Source: an uncultured Alphaproteobacteria bacterium (GTDB taxonomy: Bacteria; Pseudomonadota; Alphaproteobacteria; Rhizobiales; Xanthobacteraceae). Taken from it: a DNA stretch of 64,000 nt. The stretch is taken from positions 73,070 through 137,069 of the forward strand of contig CAVTYO010000017.1 in NCBI GenBank assembly GCA_963738915.1. Direction: 5' to 3'. The position numbers and the translations under genes were made by a program. This document shows, piece by piece, positions 60,389 to 64,000 of the stretch (positions within the stretch are counted from its first letter, which is position 1; each line of letters starts with the position of its first letter). Below the pieces are notes generated by a model, which was given only the letters and a program-made list of their open reading frames with translations, was not told the DNA's origin and made no database searches.

Positions 60389-61414
60389 CTAGCCTCTGCC
60401 CGCCAGTATGCGGTCGATCTGCGCACCGTTGGGGGTCACGCGGTAGAACTTCGTGTAGAAGTCGCGCGTCAGCTCGCGCATGTCTTCCTTGAACAACTCG
60501 GGATAGAAAATCTTCCCCAGCCACCACAGCCCGATCAGCCGGTTGACCGACGGCGGGGAATCGACCCAGCCGAACGGCAACTTCGGCGACAGGTGTACCC
60601 GGTTGTTCTTCACCGCGGCGACCGAAGCCCAGGCCGGATTGATGCGTACGTCAGCCGCGAAATCCTGATCGACGGTGACGATGACGTCCGGGTTCCACAG
60701 CAGCACTTGTTCGACCGGGACATTGGCGAGCCCGCCTTTGCGCTCGCCGGCGACGTTGCGCGCCAGAAGCTCGATGGTCTCGACATCGATCGAGCCGCCA
60801 AGCCCGGTGGTGAGGCCGCGCGGACCGCGCGCGTAATACACCCGCGGGCGTTTTTCCGCCGGCACGAAGGCAATGCGGTTGGTGATGACGCCGAGCGTCA
60901 TGTTGCAATAGTCGGCAAAGTCGGCGCCTTCGCCCTCGCGGCCGATCAGCCTGCCGAGCTTCTCATAGCTTGTGGACAGCGAGAGAAAACGTCCATCCAG
61001 CAGAGCGTAGGGGATGCCGGTTTCCTCTTGCAGCCGGTTCGCCTGCGTGACGAAGAGGTCGCTGGTCGAGCCGACATCGACGATCAGGTCGGGTTGCAGC
61101 GCGATGACGCTTTCGAGGTTCGGCGTGTTGCCGCGGCCGGTGAGGCGCCCGACTTCGGGCCGCGCGCAGATTTCCGGCAGCATGAATTCGCACTCTTCCG
61201 GCCGGTTGGCGCGCGGCCAGCCCAGCAGCAACTCCGGCGCCAGCGTGTAAAGCAGGATGGCGGCGGGCAGTCCGGCGGGAAGGACGCGCCTGACCGGCGA
61301 GCGGATCGCAAGCGTGCGCCCGGTATCGTCGGCGGCAGTTGCCGCGCGGGCAAGGCGCGGCGCCAGCAGCGCGGCCGAGGCGGTGGTGACCAGTGTGCGG
61401 CGGGTGAGGGGCAT
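60389..61414 (-). CDS. Periplasmic binding protein, Peripla_BP_2 (FecB/BtuF-like) family, Tat/Sec-exported
   Basis: TRRTLVTTASAALLAP leader. LQPDLIVDVGS and NPDVIVT motifs typical of cluster-A siderophore/cobalamin-type binding proteins. Confidence 0.72.
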   Translation of the reverse strand: MPLTRRTLVTTASAALLAPRLARAATAADDTGRTLAIRSPVRRVLPAGLPAAILLYTLAPELLLGWPRANRPEECEFMLPEICARPEVGRLTGRGNTPNLESVIALQPDLIVDVGSTSDLFVTQANRLQEETGIPYALLDGRFLSLSTSYEKLGRLIGREGEGADFADYCNMTLGVITNRIAFVPAEKRPRVYYARGPRGLTTGLGGSIDVETIELLARNVAGERKGGLANVPVEQVLLWNPDVIVTVDQDFAADVRINPAWASVAAVKNNRVHLSPKLPFGWVDSPPSVNRLIGLWWLGKIFYPELFKEDMRELTRDFYTKFYRVTPNGAQIDRILAGRG

Positions 61415-61464
61415 GACGGCAACTATACACCGTCATCGTCGGCTTTTTGGCACTTGCGCGCCGC

Positions 61465-62295
61465 TCAGGCCTCCGTGTCACTCGCGTTGGGATAGAACAA
61501 CTGCTCGCCGTTGATCTTGTAATTGGCGATGTCCTTCTGCCCTTCCGGCGAGACCAGATAATCGATGAACTGCTGGCCGAGTTCGTTCTTCACGTTCGGG
61601 TGCTTTTCCGGGTTGACCAGCATGACGCCGTATTGATTGAACATGCGCTTGTCGCCCTCCACCACGATTGCGAGGTCGCCCTTGTTCTTGAAGTGAATCC
61701 AGGTGCCGCGATCGGACAGCACGTAGGCGTTGCTGGCGCCGGCAGTGTTGAGCGCCGCGCCCATGCCCTGGCCGATCGCCTTGTACCAAGGCCCTTTATC
61801 CTTCTCGATATCGATGCCGGCATCCTTCCAGAGGTTGAGCTCGGCGATATTGGTGCCTGATTTGTCGCCGCGCGAAATGAAATCGGCCTTCTTGTCTTTG
61901 ATGGTCTGGAATGCCTTGGCCACGTCCTTCATGCCCTTGATGCCGGCGGGGTCGCTCTTCGGTCCGATCAGCACGAAGTCGTTGTACATCACCGGATAAC
62001 GCTTCACGCCCTGGCCCTCGGCGAGGAATTTTTCTTCAGCCGATTTTGCGTGCACGAACACGACGTCGGCGTCGCCGCGACGGCCGGTGTCGAGCGCCTG
62101 GCCCGTGCCCTGCGCTACCACCTTGACGGCGATGCCGGTCTTTTTGGTGAATAGCGGCAGCAGGTATTCGAACAGGCCGGAATCCTGCGTCGAGGTGGTC
62201 GAGGCGACCACGATCGATTTGTCTTGAGCCAATGCGGGTGCTGTGGATAGCGCCGCGCAAAGCGTGGCGGCAAGCAGAAGGCGACGAGTGAACAT
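61465..62295 (-). CDS. tupA: TupA-like tungstate/molybdate-type ABC substrate-binding protein (PBP_like_2)
   Basis: ATG 62295 is preceded by GGAGG. Signal peptide, and the motif VASTTSTQDSGL typical of TupA-family oxyanion binders. The longer ORF to 62472 runs into fdhD copy 2. Confidence 0.72.
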   Translation of the reverse strand: MFTRRLLLAATLCAALSTAPALAQDKSIVVASTTSTQDSGLFEYLLPLFTKKTGIAVKVVAQGTGQALDTGRRGDADVVFVHAKSAEEKFLAEGQGVKRYPVMYNDFVLIGPKSDPAGIKGMKDVAKAFQTIKDKKADFISRGDKSGTNIAELNLWKDAGIDIEKDKGPWYKAIGQGMGAALNTAGASNAYVLSDRGTWIHFKNKGDLAIVVEGDKRMFNQYGVMLVNPEKHPNVKNELGQQFIDYLVSPEGQKDIANYKINGEQLFYPNASDTEA

Positions 62296-62312
62296 ACGGT
62301 CCTCCGTTATTG

Positions 62313-63185
62313 TCACGCGGCTTTGCGCCGGTGCTTTGAGCTTTCCTCCTCGACATAGGCAAGGTCCTGGTCGAAGACGATGCGGTCCTCGCCGGCAAGC
62401 GCGACAAAGCGTTTGCCGCGGGCGCGGCCGATCAGCGTCAGGTTGGCCTTGCGCGCGAGTTCCACACCCCACGCTGTAAATCCGGAACGTGAGATCAGGA
62501 TAGGGATGCCCATGCGCACGGTCTTGATCACCATCTCCGAAGTGAGGCGGCCGGTGGTGTAGAAAATCTTGTCGGACGGCGACACCTTTTCCTTGAACAT
62601 CCAGCCGGCGATCTTGTCCACCGCATTATGGCGGCCGACGTCTTCCATATAGACGAGCGGCTTGTCCTCGTGCGCCAGAACGCAGCCGTGGATGGCGCCG
62701 GCTTCGAGATAAAGCGACGGCGTGGTGTTGATCACATTGGTCAGCTTGTAGAGCCAGGAGGTGCGCAAGCTCGCCTTGGGCAATTGCACGCCTTCCAGCG
62801 CTTCCATCAGGTCGCCGAACACGGTGCCCTGCGCGCAACCAGAGGTCTGCACCTTCTTCTTCAGCTTCTTCTCGTAATCAGTCTTGCGCTTTGTGCGCAC
62901 CACCACAACCGCGAGTTCCTCGTCGTAATCGACGCCGGTGACCACGTCGTCGGGCAACAGCATATTCTGGTTGAGCAGATAGCCGATCGCCAGATAGTCC
63001 GGATAATCGCCGATGGTCATGGCGGTGACGATTTCCTGCGAGTTGAGGAAAATCGTCAGAGCCCGCTCGACCGTGACCGAGGTCTCGATCCGGCTGCCAG
63101 CCTGGTCGATGCCGCTGACGCGTTCGGTCAGCCGCGGGTCGGCCGGGTTGGGGCGGATGATGTAGCCGTCGGTTTTTTTGTCCAC
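62313..63185 (-). CDS. fdhD: FdhD/FdsC-family sulfurtransferase, copy 2 (identical protein except for loss of the last four residues MHDE)
   Basis: 290 aa. It has six nucleotide differences from copy 1, all synonymous. Its stop codon comes from the duplication junction. Confidence 0.9.
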   Translation of the reverse strand: MDKKTDGYIIRPNPADPRLTERVSGIDQAGSRIETSVTVERALTIFLNSQEIVTAMTIGDYPDYLAIGYLLNQNMLLPDDVVTGVDYDEELAVVVVRTKRKTDYEKKLKKKVQTSGCAQGTVFGDLMEALEGVQLPKASLRTSWLYKLTNVINTTPSLYLEAGAIHGCVLAHEDKPLVYMEDVGRHNAVDKIAGWMFKEKVSPSDKIFYTTGRLTSEMVIKTVRMGIPILISRSGFTAWGVELARKANLTLIGRARGKRFVALAGEDRIVFDQDLAYVEEESSKHRRKAA

Positions 63186-64000
63186 GTTTTTGTCCAGAAA
63201 TTTTACCTGGCGAAACTATAGCAGACCTTGCCGCCCACTGCCGAATGCGGGCGCGGGTGGGCAAAAAGCCGCGGCACACACGAATTCCCTGCGCCGCGCT
63301 TTCCCCGCTAATATGGTGATCAAGATAACGGGCCGCAAAGGCCTGTATTTATTCGGGAGGTTGCCAATGTATCGCGGAACCAAGGACATCATGCTGCCGA
63401 CCACGGTCACCGGCTCGTTGCCGCGGCCGAGCTGGTACACGGAAAATCTCGGCAGCAAACATTTCCTCGAAGCCATGGTGTCGCGCCGCTTCCGCGAGCA
63501 ATACGAGGATGCGCTCACCTGCTACCTGCGCGACCAGGAGATTGCCGGGCTCGACGTCGTCACCGACGGCGACTGCCGATTCGACGACGATGTCGGCGGC
63601 CAGAGCTGGACGGCATACCCGCCGAACCACATGACCGGCCTCGACGTCGAGCATCAGGTGCCGACGCCGGCGGGCCGCGGCGGGGTCTGGTTTCCGCGCG
63701 GTCACATTCTGCACGATTATCTGGAGTCGCGGGTGATGCCGGTGATCACCGGCCCGGTCGGCCGCGGCAATCTGCAATACACGGCGATGTGGAAGGCGGC
63801 GCAGCGCTTCACCGAGAAGCCGGTGAAATTCGGCGCGGTGTCGGCGGAGATCGTCGCCTTCGCATTGCAGGACCGCCACTACAAGAGCATCCCCGACCGT
63901 ATGCTCGCCTTCGCCGACGCCTTCAACGAGGAATACAACGAACTCGCCGACGCCGGCTGCCCGGTGATCCAGATCGAGGAGCCGCAGATCCACATGATCG
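62316..64000. repeat. Direct repeat, copy 2 (runs to the window edge)
   Basis: Identity with 58094..59778 starts exactly at 62316. Position 62315 (a) differs from 58093 (t). Confidence 0.95.
63367..64000 (+). CDS. MetE-like zinc thiol alkyl/methyltransferase, copy 2 (5' part; continues beyond the window)
   Basis: Over the 634 nt visible it differs from copy 1 at 5 positions: 4 synonymous and 1 Ile-to-Val. Confidence 0.8.
   Translation, partial: MYRGTKDIMLPTTVTGSLPRPSWYTENLGSKHFLEAMVSRRFREQYEDALTCYLRDQEIAGLDVVTDGDCRFDDDVGGQSWTAYPPNHMTGLDVEHQVPTPAGRGGVWFPRGHILHDYLESRVMPVITGPVGRGNLQYTAMWKAAQRFTEKPVKFGAVSAEIVAFALQDRHYKSIPDRMLAFADAFNEEYNELADAGCPVIQIEEPQIHMI

Noticed and set aside
61465-62472. 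The 335-aa version of the TupA-like ORF.
   Set aside because: The first 59 codons run through the duplication junction into fdhD copy 2. The ATG at 62295 has a perfect GGAGG and yields a normal signal peptide.

Overview
High-GC chromosomal window. Gene content and synteny look like an alphaproteobacterium of the Bradyrhizobiaceae/Nitrobacteraceae type; that assignment is inference only. It is densely coding.

**Left part**
- 3' end of priA, a frameshifted SulP/STAS transporter and an EamA permease.
- An F1 ATP-synthase operon carrying two extra embedded genes: atpH-atpA-atpG-[ohr]-atpD-[82-aa 2-TM ORF]-atpC.
- The conserved minus-strand backbone follows: rppH, yibQ-like, ctpA, envC-like, rlmH ... 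rsfS, nadD, proA, proB ... obgE ... rpmA, rplU.
- Three accessory insertions interrupt that backbone. One is a Tat-exported metallophosphoesterase + amicyanin-like cupredoxin + ECF sigma/anti-sigma module.

**Middle**
- An orphan KdpD-C-terminal-like kinase/KdpE-like regulator pair and tRNA-Ser(CGA).
- A complete Sox thiosulfate-oxidation locus: soxH-like | soxC-D-X-Y-Z-A-(soxK-like)-B.
- The Sox operon is extended by two exported DsrE-like paralogues and an exported GlcG/HbpS-like protein.

**Right part**
- An orphan DUF2126 transglutaminase, an MFS pump, a tandem USP and a TusA-like protein.
- A molybdenum/tungsten-cofactor hub: three MoeA paralogues (one degenerate, one fused to a PBP-like domain), mobB and mobA.
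- A direct duplication with a 4222-bp period carrying fdhD and a divergently transcribed MetE-like Zn thiol-alkyltransferase. The copies are separated by orphan TupA-like and Peripla_BP_2 binding proteins.
- The two copies differ at 12 of 1685 positions. Ten are synonymous, one is conservative and one is intergenic.

**Sequence integrity and absences**
- Two single-base homopolymer frameshifts (sulP, proB) and an in-gene 30-nt tandem duplication (soxH-like) are visible.
- I saw no rRNA, CRISPR array, transposase or integrase.
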